Positions 9,663 to 17,818 of a stretch of 41,087 nt of DNA are shown here, in pieces (the stretch's first letter is position 1; each line of letters starts with the position of its first letter). Position numbers and translations under genes: made by a program. The notes under the pieces are model-generated. The model had not been told where the DNA came from. It did not search any database and saw only the letters and a list, made by a program, of their open reading frames with translations. Source of the stretch: Limisphaerales bacterium (GTDB taxonomy: Bacteria > Verrucomicrobiota > Verrucomicrobiia > Limisphaerales > CANJXF01); NCBI GenBank assembly GCA_046593365.1, contig JBKJOA010000066.1, forward strand, positions 1 through 41,087, written 5' to 3'.

Positions 9663-11159
9663 TCAACTGGAAATAATTTCGTTGATCACCTCCCCGTGAA
9701 CATCGGTCAAGCGTCGATCAATTCCATTATGGCGGAACGTCAACTTTTCGTGGTCAATCCCAAGTTGGTGAAGAATGGTTGCATGCAAATCGTAGCAATA
9801 AGTCGGGTTCTTCGCGGCTTTGTAAGACCATTCATCACTCTCTCCAAATGAAAAGCCGCCTTTGAATCCGCCGCCCGCCATCCAACTCGTGAACGTAAAT
9901 GGATTGTGATCGCGACCTTTGCCACCCTGGCCGCAGGGCATTCGTCCAAACTCCGTTGTCCAAATCACGATCGTGTCATCGAGCATCCCGCGCGATTTCA
10001 AATCCTTGATCAGCGCAGCGGCGGGTTTGTCCATGCTGCGCGCCATATCGAGGTGATCTTTCGCGATGTCTTCGTGGCTGTCCCAGTTGCGACGTGGAAA
10101 GCCATTGTCCGCGCCACTCCAGACTTGCACGAAACGAACGCCACGTTCGAGCAATCGTCGTGCGGTCAAACAACGTTGCCCAAAATCCTCAGTGATTTTT
10201 TCGTCGAGGCCGTAAAGTTTTTTGGTCGCTTCGGATTCACCTGAAATGTCCAAAACCTCCGGCGCGCTCAATTGTAATTTTGCAGCCAATTCGTAGGACA
10301 CGATCCGGGCGTCCAAACGCGAATCACCGCCGCGATTTTCCAGATGCGCATGGTTTAATTCCTTAAGCAATGCTTGCGTCGCCTTTTCACTCTCCGGCGT
10401 GATGAAGTTTGCCGACTTCGGCGGGAACAAATCATTAATCGGATTCGGTTTTCCAATGCCAATCCTTGTCCCTTGATGAGTCGCTGGAAGAAAACCCGCC
10501 GTCCAATTTCCCTGACCGTTCGGCGCAAGGCCGCGTGGATCGGGCAATACCACGAAGGTCGGCAGATTTTCCGTCAAACGACCCAGACCGTAGGAAACCC
10601 AAGCGCCCATCGCGGGAAAACCCGGCAGAACAAATCCGGTATTCTGCATGAATGTCGCCGGGCCGTGAACATTCGATTTGGAAACCATCGAATGAAGGAA
10701 CGCGATCTCATCCACGCACGAACCAATGTGCGGCACGAGGTCTGAAATTTGTTTTCCACATTGGCCGTAGGGTTTCCAGTCCCACGGACTTTTCATCACC
10801 GCGCCAGGATCACTTTGAAATAATTCCACTTTGCCGCCCGGATCAAACTTTTGGCCGCTGCGTTTGATGAGTTCAGGTTTGTAATCAAACGTGTCGCACT
10901 GGCTCGCCGCGCCGGACATGAATAATTGCACGACGCGCTTCGCTTTCGCCGGAAAATGCAAACCGCCATTAAATTCCAGCTTCGGTTTCGCCACATCCGC
11001 GAGCAAACCGTTTTCGCCAAGCAAATGAACCATCGCAATGCCGCCAAGTCCGCCGCCGAAGCGCCAGAGAAATTCGCGACGGTCAATGGCGCGCATATCT
11101 TCCGCGCCAAGTTGAATGGGGGCTTGTTGTGAAGAACAGATGTGAGCGTTCGTTTTCAT
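9663..11159 (-). CDS. DUF1501 family protein (sulfatase/alkaline-phosphatase-like fold) with Tat-type signal
   Basis: Twin-arginine motif DRREFLWRFGGGLGGIAM. DUF1501 hallmark block IVIWTTEFGRMP...GRDHNPFTFTSWMAGGGFKGG. The ATG at 11159 shares one nt with the upstream TGA (TGATG). Confidence 0.85.
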   Translation of the reverse strand: MKTNAHICSSQQAPIQLGAEDMRAIDRREFLWRFGGGLGGIAMVHLLGENGLLADVAKPKLEFNGGLHFPAKAKRVVQLFMSGAASQCDTFDYKPELIKRSGQKFDPGGKVELFQSDPGAVMKSPWDWKPYGQCGKQISDLVPHIGSCVDEIAFLHSMVSKSNVHGPATFMQNTGFVLPGFPAMGAWVSYGLGRLTENLPTFVVLPDPRGLAPNGQGNWTAGFLPATHQGTRIGIGKPNPINDLFPPKSANFITPESEKATQALLKELNHAHLENRGGDSRLDARIVSYELAAKLQLSAPEVLDISGESEATKKLYGLDEKITEDFGQRCLTARRLLERGVRFVQVWSGADNGFPRRNWDSHEDIAKDHLDMARSMDKPAAALIKDLKSRGMLDDTIVIWTTEFGRMPCGQGGKGRDHNPFTFTSWMAGGGFKGGFSFGESDEWSYKAAKNPTYCYDLHATILHQLGIDHEKLTFRHNGIDRRLTDVHGEVINEIISS

Positions 11160-14100
11160 CAATCGACAAACATAAATTCGGACGTGTTAAAAACGAGCCG
11201 GACGAGATTGGTCATTCCATATTTTTGTGCGAACGAAACGAGCCTTTTCATTTCGTCCGCAGTGGGTTGGCGGCTCAAAGCCAGTTGATAAATTTGTTCG
11301 ATTTGCTTTTTCAAATTGCCTGTCTTCGCCACGCGCGTCGCCAGATGTTCGCATTGTTTCAAAACGAATGGATTGTTCAAAACTGCCAGCGCTTGCAGCG
11401 AAGTCATCGTGATGTTGCGCTTCGGCGTGAGAATCGAGGCGTCTGGACAATCGAGCGAATCCATCAGCGGATCCGGCACGCTACGCACCACGAACCGGTA
11501 AATGCTCCGGCGACAACCCGCCGCGCTGTCCACATCGAACTGCGTGTAATCGTAAACTGGCGAATGATCGTCTTTGAATCCAAATTGCTGCGCCGACGAC
11601 CCACCCATCGTGAGATCAAGCTTGCCCGTGATGAAAAGCATCGAGTCGCGAATGGTTTCCGCATCCAGCCGCTCGCTGTTCCTGCGCCAGAGAAAACGAT
11701 TATCGGAATCGAATTTGGCGAATTCAGGATTATTCGCAGAGCTTTGCCGATACGCCGCGCTCGTCACGATCAAGCGGTGAAGTTTTTTCAACGACTCCCC
11801 ATTTTCCGAAAACCAAAACGCAAGCCAGTCGAGCAATTCTGGATGCGACGGCAGTGCGCCCATGTGGCCAAAGTCGTTTGGCGTATCGACGATGCCGCGC
11901 CCGAAATGATATTGCCAGACGCGGTTCACAATGGAGCGGCGGGTCAGCATGTTTTTCGGATTCGTAATCCACTTTGACAAAGCGGCGCGGCGCGTGCCTT
12001 CGTCATTCAAATCTGAAATGTGAAAATCCGAATCTGTTCCGGGCACGGCGGCAATTCCTGCGGGCGACATTAACTCCGTCGGGCGGTTTACATCGCCTCG
12101 CGCCAGGAAATGGACAGGTCGCGGAACTTTGGCCGGAATGAAGCTTCCGTTCGGTTTGAAATCGCTGGTTGCAGCGAAAACTTTTTGCGGCGGCGGCAAC
12201 GCGGCCAGGTCGCGGTCAACTTCGACCAGCCGATTGGTGGTGCGGTTTAGTTCATCGCGCTGCGAGATCTCAATCAAGTTATCCACAAGTGCTTTTCGTC
12301 TTTGGGCAAAGTCGTGTAACTCGCGTTCGAGTTGTTCCCGTTGTTTCCGCATCGGATCATCGGGCAAAGCGTCCGCGAGTTTTTTGCGGCTATCGAATCC
12401 GTCCACGAGAAACTTTTTTCCCCACAGGCCCCCTTCGATGGAATCAAGCGATGTAACTTCCGCGTTCATCGCTGCGTTGGTCCCGCTCACAAAAACCTGC
12501 AGCTCGGAGAGCGCAAAAACGAAATCGCTCGTGCGTTCCCAAAGGAGCGTTGCAGTGATGCGAATGAAACGCGCGGATTTTCCTTTTGCAGCGAATGAAA
12601 CAGGCTTGTCTCCAGGATTTTTGAAATCGGCGATGGTCTGGTCGGCAATCATTTCTGCACCAGCGAATTCTCTATCATTGGAACTCTCAACGCGAAAACG
12701 AGCGGGAAAACCAAAGCCAGGCGTGTCGGAAAAATCAATGGGCCGCGCCGGAACAATGGTGATTTGTTCAAGCGGCAAAGTTTTGCCGAGGTCAACCTGA
12801 ACCCACTTCAAATGATCTCGTGTTTTCTCAATGTCGCTATGATAACCGTTGCTTGGACTTTTTCCGGCGTCTCCAGTCTTTCCCAGCGCAGCGAGCTTTT
12901 GTTGGTCGTCGGCAGTTTGGGCGTCGAGTTGTTTGATTTCAGGACTGGAAATCGCGCTGATTTTGTTGGTGAGAGCCGCCAATTCATTTTCCAAAACGCG
13001 CTTTTCATTTTTCAACGAACGACGGCGAAGTAATGTCTCCTTGTCAGTGTCGAAATTTCTATCCGCACGGTCAACCCCCGCGAAAACAGCCTGCAAACCA
13101 TAATATTCCTTCTGCTGGATGGGATCGAACTTGTGATTGTGGCAACGGGCGCAATGAACCGTCAGACTTTGAAAAGTGGACATCGTCGTCATTACCATGT
13201 CATCGCGATCATTGTAGCGCGCAATAAGGCCGTCCGATTTTTCAATCGGCAATTCGACGTGCCCCACGAAATCCCACGGGCCGGCTGCGATGAAACCCAG
13301 CGCCACAATTCCGTCCGGACTGTCTGGAAATAAAACATCACCGGCGAGCTGTTCCTCGACAAATTGTGAATATGGCTTGTCGTTATTTAGCGAGCGGATG
13401 ACGTAATCGCGATACGGCCAGGCGTTAAGCCGCGGTTTATCCTTGTCGTAGCCGTGAGTTTCACCGAAGTGGACAACATCGAGCCAGTGCCGCGCCCAGC
13501 GTTCCCCATAACGTGGCGATGCAAGCAATCGGTCCACCAGCTTTTCGTAAGCATTCGGATTTTTGTCGCGCGCAAACTGTTCCACTTCTTCCGGCGTTGG
13601 CGGCAAGCCGGTCAAATCAAAACTCAAGCGGCGAATCAAAGTGCGACGATCCGCTTCCGGGGACGGTGAAAGTTTTTGCTCCTTGAGCTTCGCTAAAATA
13701 AAAAGATCGATTTCATTTCGCGCCCATTTTTTATTTTTTACGTTGGGCAGTGGAGGGCGCGACGCTGGTTTAAAACTCCACCAATCCGTTTTGTCTTTTA
13801 TTTTCGGCTGGGCTGCTTCGTCCGGCCAGTTCGCCCCTTGATCGATCCAGGCGCGCAACAAACCGACTTCTTCCACCGTCAGTCGTTCGCCCTTTTTCGG
13901 CATCACTAGATTTTTTTCCAAACCCGCGACGAGGTGGATCATCCGGCTCTTCGAGCTTTGGCCGGGAATGATGGCCGGGCCTGAAGTCCCCCCTTTGAGC
14001 GCGGATGATTTTGTGTCCCAGCGCAGTTCGTTTTCCTGCTTTTCCTCTCCATGACACGAGTAACACCGCTTGGATAGAATCGGCTGAATGTCGCGGACAA

Positions 14101-14206
14101 AATCAATTTGCTTCTGCGTCGGCGGCGGCAATTTTGTCAAATCTAATTGTTGTGCCAGGCTGCCTGAAGCAACGGAGCAGAACAGAATGAGATTTCGTAG
14201 GAACAT
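11159..14206 (-). CDS. PSCyt (planctomycete cytochrome c) / DUF1549 / discoidin (F5/8 type C) / DUF1553 secreted protein
   Basis: Signal peptide MFLRNLILFCSVASGSLAQQ and haem-binding-like CYSCHG near the N-terminus. A DUF1549-like region follows. The central discoidin pattern is KWVQVDLGKTLPLEQITIVP...ARFIRI...FALSELQVF. A second CARCHNHKFDP motif and a DUF1553-like C-terminus are present. ATG 14206 is chosen; GTG 14209 is an alternative start. Confidence 0.85.
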   Translation of the reverse strand: MFLRNLILFCSVASGSLAQQLDLTKLPPPTQKQIDFVRDIQPILSKRCYSCHGEEKQENELRWDTKSSALKGGTSGPAIIPGQSSKSRMIHLVAGLEKNLVMPKKGERLTVEEVGLLRAWIDQGANWPDEAAQPKIKDKTDWWSFKPASRPPLPNVKNKKWARNEIDLFILAKLKEQKLSPSPEADRRTLIRRLSFDLTGLPPTPEEVEQFARDKNPNAYEKLVDRLLASPRYGERWARHWLDVVHFGETHGYDKDKPRLNAWPYRDYVIRSLNNDKPYSQFVEEQLAGDVLFPDSPDGIVALGFIAAGPWDFVGHVELPIEKSDGLIARYNDRDDMVMTTMSTFQSLTVHCARCHNHKFDPIQQKEYYGLQAVFAGVDRADRNFDTDKETLLRRRSLKNEKRVLENELAALTNKISAISSPEIKQLDAQTADDQQKLAALGKTGDAGKSPSNGYHSDIEKTRDHLKWVQVDLGKTLPLEQITIVPARPIDFSDTPGFGFPARFRVESSNDREFAGAEMIADQTIADFKNPGDKPVSFAAKGKSARFIRITATLLWERTSDFVFALSELQVFVSGTNAAMNAEVTSLDSIEGGLWGKKFLVDGFDSRKKLADALPDDPMRKQREQLERELHDFAQRRKALVDNLIEISQRDELNRTTNRLVEVDRDLAALPPPQKVFAATSDFKPNGSFIPAKVPRPVHFLARGDVNRPTELMSPAGIAAVPGTDSDFHISDLNDEGTRRAALSKWITNPKNMLTRRSIVNRVWQYHFGRGIVDTPNDFGHMGALPSHPELLDWLAFWFSENGESLKKLHRLIVTSAAYRQSSANNPEFAKFDSDNRFLWRRNSERLDAETIRDSMLFITGKLDLTMGGSSAQQFGFKDDHSPVYDYTQFDVDSAAGCRRSIYRFVVRSVPDPLMDSLDCPDASILTPKRNITMTSLQALAVLNNPFVLKQCEHLATRVAKTGNLKKQIEQIYQLALSRQPTADEMKRLVSFAQKYGMTNLVRLVFNTSEFMFVD

Positions 14207-14309
14207 CACAATGGTGTAATAACACGAGCTTAAGGCTTCTTGGTTTAAGAGGACATTCTAAAAATTCGTCCGCAATTTCATAAACATCTGAGTGGGTCGA
14301 AAATTTTTC

Positions 14310-15665
14310 TCACCGCGGCAACCGTTCGGGCATATCGGCAATGGTGTAAGCCATCACGGCCAATGCCGCCACACATTGATTGAATTCGTCGCGACTGATT
14401 TTGTCGATGGTGTCTGCATGGGTGTGGTGGTACCAAAAATATTTGGTGCGATCGACTATCAAGTCCATGAGCGGAACGCCATCGGGTTGAAGCTGCGAAA
14501 TATCCGCCCCGCCTGCTCCTGAAGTAATTTCACCTGCGCCGATTTTCTGAAGGAGTTTGGCTACTTCACTGATGACATTTGTCGCGTTCGCGCTGCCGCT
14601 GAAAGCAAACCCAGTCGGTTTGAAAACCCCATCGTCGGATTCAATGGCGAGGACGTGGTTTGCCAATTCACTTTTGTGCGCCGCTCGATAGGCCTTCGCA
14701 CCCGCGATGCCGTTTTCTTCATTCGTCCAAAGCACAACACGAACGGTTCGCCGCGGACGCAGTCCCAGTGTTTGCATTAGCCGAACCGCCTCCCAAGACG
14801 CGACGCAACCGCCACCATCGTCCATTGCACCCTGCCCCACGTCCCATGAATCGAGGTGCCCGCTGATTATAATAATTTCATTCGGTTTTTCGCGACCGAC
14901 AATCTCCGCAACGACATTGCGCGATTTTGCATCAGGCAACGTTTTGGCTTCCATCTTCAGGCGTGCGACAATTTTTTCTCCGCGATCCTGCATTCGTTGC
15001 AACAATTCAGCATCTTCAACCGTAATTGCCGCGTGAGGAATCTTCGGCAGCCCGTTCGTGTACCGCATGTTGCCGGTGTGAGGGGTATTCAATGAAACGG
15101 GTGTGATAGATCGCACCAAACTCGCGATCGCACCGGCTTTCGCCGCTTCCATCGCACCGCGTGTGCGAATCGGAACCGTGTCGTGATACGTCGTGAAAGG
15201 TTCGTTGAAGAGAACAATCCTGCCCTTTGCCTCAGCGACGCGATTGCTAAGATCTTGAAAACTCTTCACCACCAACACCCCTGCCGTGATTCCTTGCGGT
15301 GGTGTCGCCACGCTCCCGCCAAGCCCCAGCATGGCCATCTGATGGGGACGCGGTTGCAGCAGTTCAGCGGATTCCTGGCCGCGCACCCAATGGGGAACCA
15401 TGACCGTTTCTCCGCGTACATTTTGCAGGCCATCCGTTTTCATTTCGGCAAGCACCCAATCAATCGCCGCTTCGAGATTGGTAGTGCCGCTAAAGCGTGG
15501 GCCGAACTTGTCACACAGAAATATCAAACGGTTAAAGGCAAAATCCGAATTGGTCGCAGCAAAAATTATTTTATCGGAAATGACATCGTAATTTGGTTTT
15601 TGCGCCAGGGCCTTTGACGCAACGGAAATGAGAATGAGAATAAGCAAAGTGAGCAAGCGGTTCAT
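14310..15665 (-). CDS. M28 family zinc peptidase (carboxypeptidase Q-like), secreted
   Basis: Signal peptide MNRLLTLLILILISVASKALA. M28 metal-ligand blocks ISGHLDSWDVGQGAMDDGGG and WTNEENG, plus a late HHTHADT motif. Confidence 0.85.
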   Translation of the reverse strand: MNRLLTLLILILISVASKALAQKPNYDVISDKIIFAATNSDFAFNRLIFLCDKFGPRFSGTTNLEAAIDWVLAEMKTDGLQNVRGETVMVPHWVRGQESAELLQPRPHQMAMLGLGGSVATPPQGITAGVLVVKSFQDLSNRVAEAKGRIVLFNEPFTTYHDTVPIRTRGAMEAAKAGAIASLVRSITPVSLNTPHTGNMRYTNGLPKIPHAAITVEDAELLQRMQDRGEKIVARLKMEAKTLPDAKSRNVVAEIVGREKPNEIIIISGHLDSWDVGQGAMDDGGGCVASWEAVRLMQTLGLRPRRTVRVVLWTNEENGIAGAKAYRAAHKSELANHVLAIESDDGVFKPTGFAFSGSANATNVISEVAKLLQKIGAGEITSGAGGADISQLQPDGVPLMDLIVDRTKYFWYHHTHADTIDKISRDEFNQCVAALAVMAYTIADMPERLPR

Positions 15666-15680
15666 GTGTAGAGATGTTTA

Positions 15681-15734
15681 GCCACTCATTTAAAAAATTC
15701 ACGGATTATTTCTTTTTATCCGTGTCATCTGTGG
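15681..15734. repeat. Second, degenerate copy of the REP-like element
   Basis: CACGGAT (15700-15706) / ATCCGTG (15718-15724) hairpin with an 11-nt loop. Its 3' flank TTATCCGTGTCATCTGTGG matches TTATTCGTGTCCATTCGTGG of the 3276-3354 element at about 16/20 positions. The outer arms (CCACTCATT / CATCTGTGG) are only partly complementary. Confidence 0.4.
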
Positions 15735-15757
15735 AACGAGCGACTAAGAATCTGCGC

Positions 15758-16855
15758 ATGAACGTCCTCGGCATCATGTCCGGCACCAGCATCGACAGCG
15801 TCGATTACGCGCTCTGCGAGGTTTCCGAAAAGAAGATTGAATTGCGCAAAGTTTGGACAGCGCCTTTTCCCAAGAAGCTTCAGCAAAGTTTGCACGAAGC
15901 GGCGCGGGGTGATTTGAAGAGTTGGGAATTCTGTCAACTGCACCACGACCTTGGTCGTTTTTACGCAGCGCATGTCACGGACAAGACGAATCGCGCAAAA
16001 CCCACTCTTGTCGGTCTGCATGGCCAGACGGTTTTTCATCATCCAAGTAAAAAAAATCCTGCCACTTTTCAGCTCGGCGAACCGGCCTATCTCGTTGAGA
16101 AATTGCGCGTGCCAGTCGTGAATAATTTTCGCGTCGCGGATTTGGCGGCTGGCGGACAGGGCGCACCGCTCGCGACGCTCTTTCATCGGTTCGTTTTTGC
16201 GCAGCGCGGCCAACATGTTTGCGTCAACAATCTCGGCGGCATCAGCAACGTGACTTCGCTTGACTGGAAACGAGAATCGAAACCGAAGGTTCTGTCTTTT
16301 GATACCGGTCCCGCGAACATGTTGATTGATTTTGCGATCCGCCATTTCTCGAATGGAAAAAGGCATTATGATTTCGCTGGCGAATGGGCGGCGCGCGGAA
16401 CCGCATCGGAAGATTTGCTGAAGCGTTGGTTGCGTCATCCTTATTTCGGAAAGAAACCGCCCAAGAGCACAGGGCGTGAACTTTTCGGCGAGCCATTTTT
16501 TAAAAAGGCGATTCAGGAAATGCGGGGCCTTTCGCAATTTGACGTGGCCACAACTTTTACGGAATACACCGCGCGTTCGCTGGCGCTGAATTACGAAATG
16601 CACCTTCTCACCAAACCGGACAAAATTATTTTGACCGGCGGCGGCGCATCAAATCCGACGCTGGTTCAAGCGATCAGAAAACAGTTTGGTTGTGTTGTGC
16701 AGTCGAGCGACGAGCTGAACTGGCCTGTGCAATCGATTGAACCGGCGGCTTTCGCCTTACTGGCGTTTTTGCGAATTAAGTCGCAACGAGGAAATCTTCC
16801 GGAAACGACGGGGGCAAATCGCGCGGTGATCTGTGGGCAAACGAGCGAGCCCTAG
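15758..16855 (+). CDS. anmK: Anhydro-N-acetylmuramic acid kinase
   Basis: The N-terminus MNVLGIMSGTSIDSVDYAL matches the AnmK GxMSGTSxDGxD start. The ~365-aa size and GGGASNPTL near the C-terminus also fit. The longer ORF-track start (15674) would translate the REP-like repeat, so ATG 15758 is chosen. Confidence 0.9.
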   Translation: MNVLGIMSGTSIDSVDYALCEVSEKKIELRKVWTAPFPKKLQQSLHEAARGDLKSWEFCQLHHDLGRFYAAHVTDKTNRAKPTLVGLHGQTVFHHPSKKNPATFQLGEPAYLVEKLRVPVVNNFRVADLAAGGQGAPLATLFHRFVFAQRGQHVCVNNLGGISNVTSLDWKRESKPKVLSFDTGPANMLIDFAIRHFSNGKRHYDFAGEWAARGTASEDLLKRWLRHPYFGKKPPKSTGRELFGEPFFKKAIQEMRGLSQFDVATTFTEYTARSLALNYEMHLLTKPDKIILTGGGASNPTLVQAIRKQFGCVVQSSDELNWPVQSIEPAAFALLAFLRIKSQRGNLPETTGANRAVICGQTSEP

Positions 16856-17818
16856 TTACTGTGGAATGACGCGGTAAAATCGGGTGCTGGAAGAAATGGG
16901 GTCCGACACGAAAATATTTGTTTCAATGATCGGCGCGCTGATGTTGGTGACGGCCAACCATGAATTTGTAGAAGCAAGCGCGTTTTTAAATTCCACTTTG
17001 TAAGCTTCATTGGCTTCCGCAAGAAACGAAAAAACGAATTGCCCGTTAGTGATTTGAGGATTGAAAATGGTCGGCGGCGCAACGAATTTAACTTCCAGTT
17101 TGGGGGGCGAATTGGTGTCTTCTCCGGTAAATTCTCGTGAGCCAAATCCGCGTGCCGTGTAAGTAGTTCCTTCATTTTCTGTTTTTAAGAGCCAACCGAA
17201 GTTTGCAGAAGGATTATCAAGCCACGTTTGAACATCGGATTCCATGTTCAAACTGGTTTCAAAATGAGGGTACTCCAGAGAGGAAATACTCGCTGATGAA
17301 CTAATCGCCAGGATGTAGTCATTTGAGGCTCCAGGAAAACTCCAGGTGTTGGTGGTCAGGGCAAAACGATGGTTCCAGGTTGCCTCATTGATCGTTGCTA
17401 AAACTCCCAGTCCCGGTGATGCGTTAGTGAACTTGTTCCCTTCGCCCCAGGGTCTCAGCATCCGATGAAGCGTATATGAGGCAGGGACAGAAACGAGTGA
17501 CTGAAATCTGACTTCAAGAAATAAATCGGCAGATTTTATTATTGAGGCTTGTGGAATGGATCTTAAGTCGAATTGAAATAAACCTCGATTTCTCGTGAAG
17601 CCTGCGTTCATGCCGGTCGTGCCAGCATTGACGAAATCAGAGCCGCCGAGGTTATTATCTGGCTCTTTTTCAACCAGGGTCGTATCGGCTGCGGGCTGAA
17701 GAACTACGGTGGTCGCGATTGCCGGATGAGCGATGGTGGCACCCAGCGCAGTCGAAAGAAAAAAACAGCGTATGCCCGCAAAATTCATCTGGAATTTTAT
17801 CGCAGGCGAGTTCTTCAA
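16856..17818 (-). CDS. Secreted protein: DNRLRE-like N-terminal beta-sandwich plus a C-terminal FYR module
   Basis: Signal peptide (MNFAGIRCFFLSTALGATIAHPAIA). AADTTLVEKEPDNNLGGSDFVNAGTT...RNRGLFQFDLRSIPQASIIKSADLFLEV resembles the DNRLRE-domain pattern. It ends ...SSTRFYRVIPQ. The TTG at 17818 overlaps the upstream TGA; the alternative ATG at 17788 lies 26 nt downstream of that stop. Confidence 0.6.
   Translation of the reverse strand: MKNSPAIKFQMNFAGIRCFFLSTALGATIAHPAIATTVVLQPAADTTLVEKEPDNNLGGSDFVNAGTTGMNAGFTRNRGLFQFDLRSIPQASIIKSADLFLEVRFQSLVSVPASYTLHRMLRPWGEGNKFTNASPGLGVLATINEATWNHRFALTTNTWSFPGASNDYILAISSSASISSLEYPHFETSLNMESDVQTWLDNPSANFGWLLKTENEGTTYTARGFGSREFTGEDTNSPPKLEVKFVAPPTIFNPQITNGQFVFSFLAEANEAYKVEFKNALASTNSWLAVTNISAPIIETNIFVSDPISSSTRFYRVIPQ

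Noticed and set aside
11129-11977. 282-aa plus-strand ORF overlapping the DUF1553 gene end and the DUF1501 start
   Set aside because: It is antisense to two strongly supported genes. The translation is Arg-rich (RRRPTHREIKLARDEKHR...) and not protein-like.
12129-12800. 223-aa plus-strand ORF (and neighbours 12169-12456, 12332-12598) inside the PSCyt/DUF1553 gene
   Set aside because: These are Ser/Arg-rich antisense shadows with no support.
15725-16603. 292-aa minus-strand ORF opposite anmK
   Set aside because: It is an antisense shadow of anmK, whose identity is clear from its N-terminal MSGTSxD motif.
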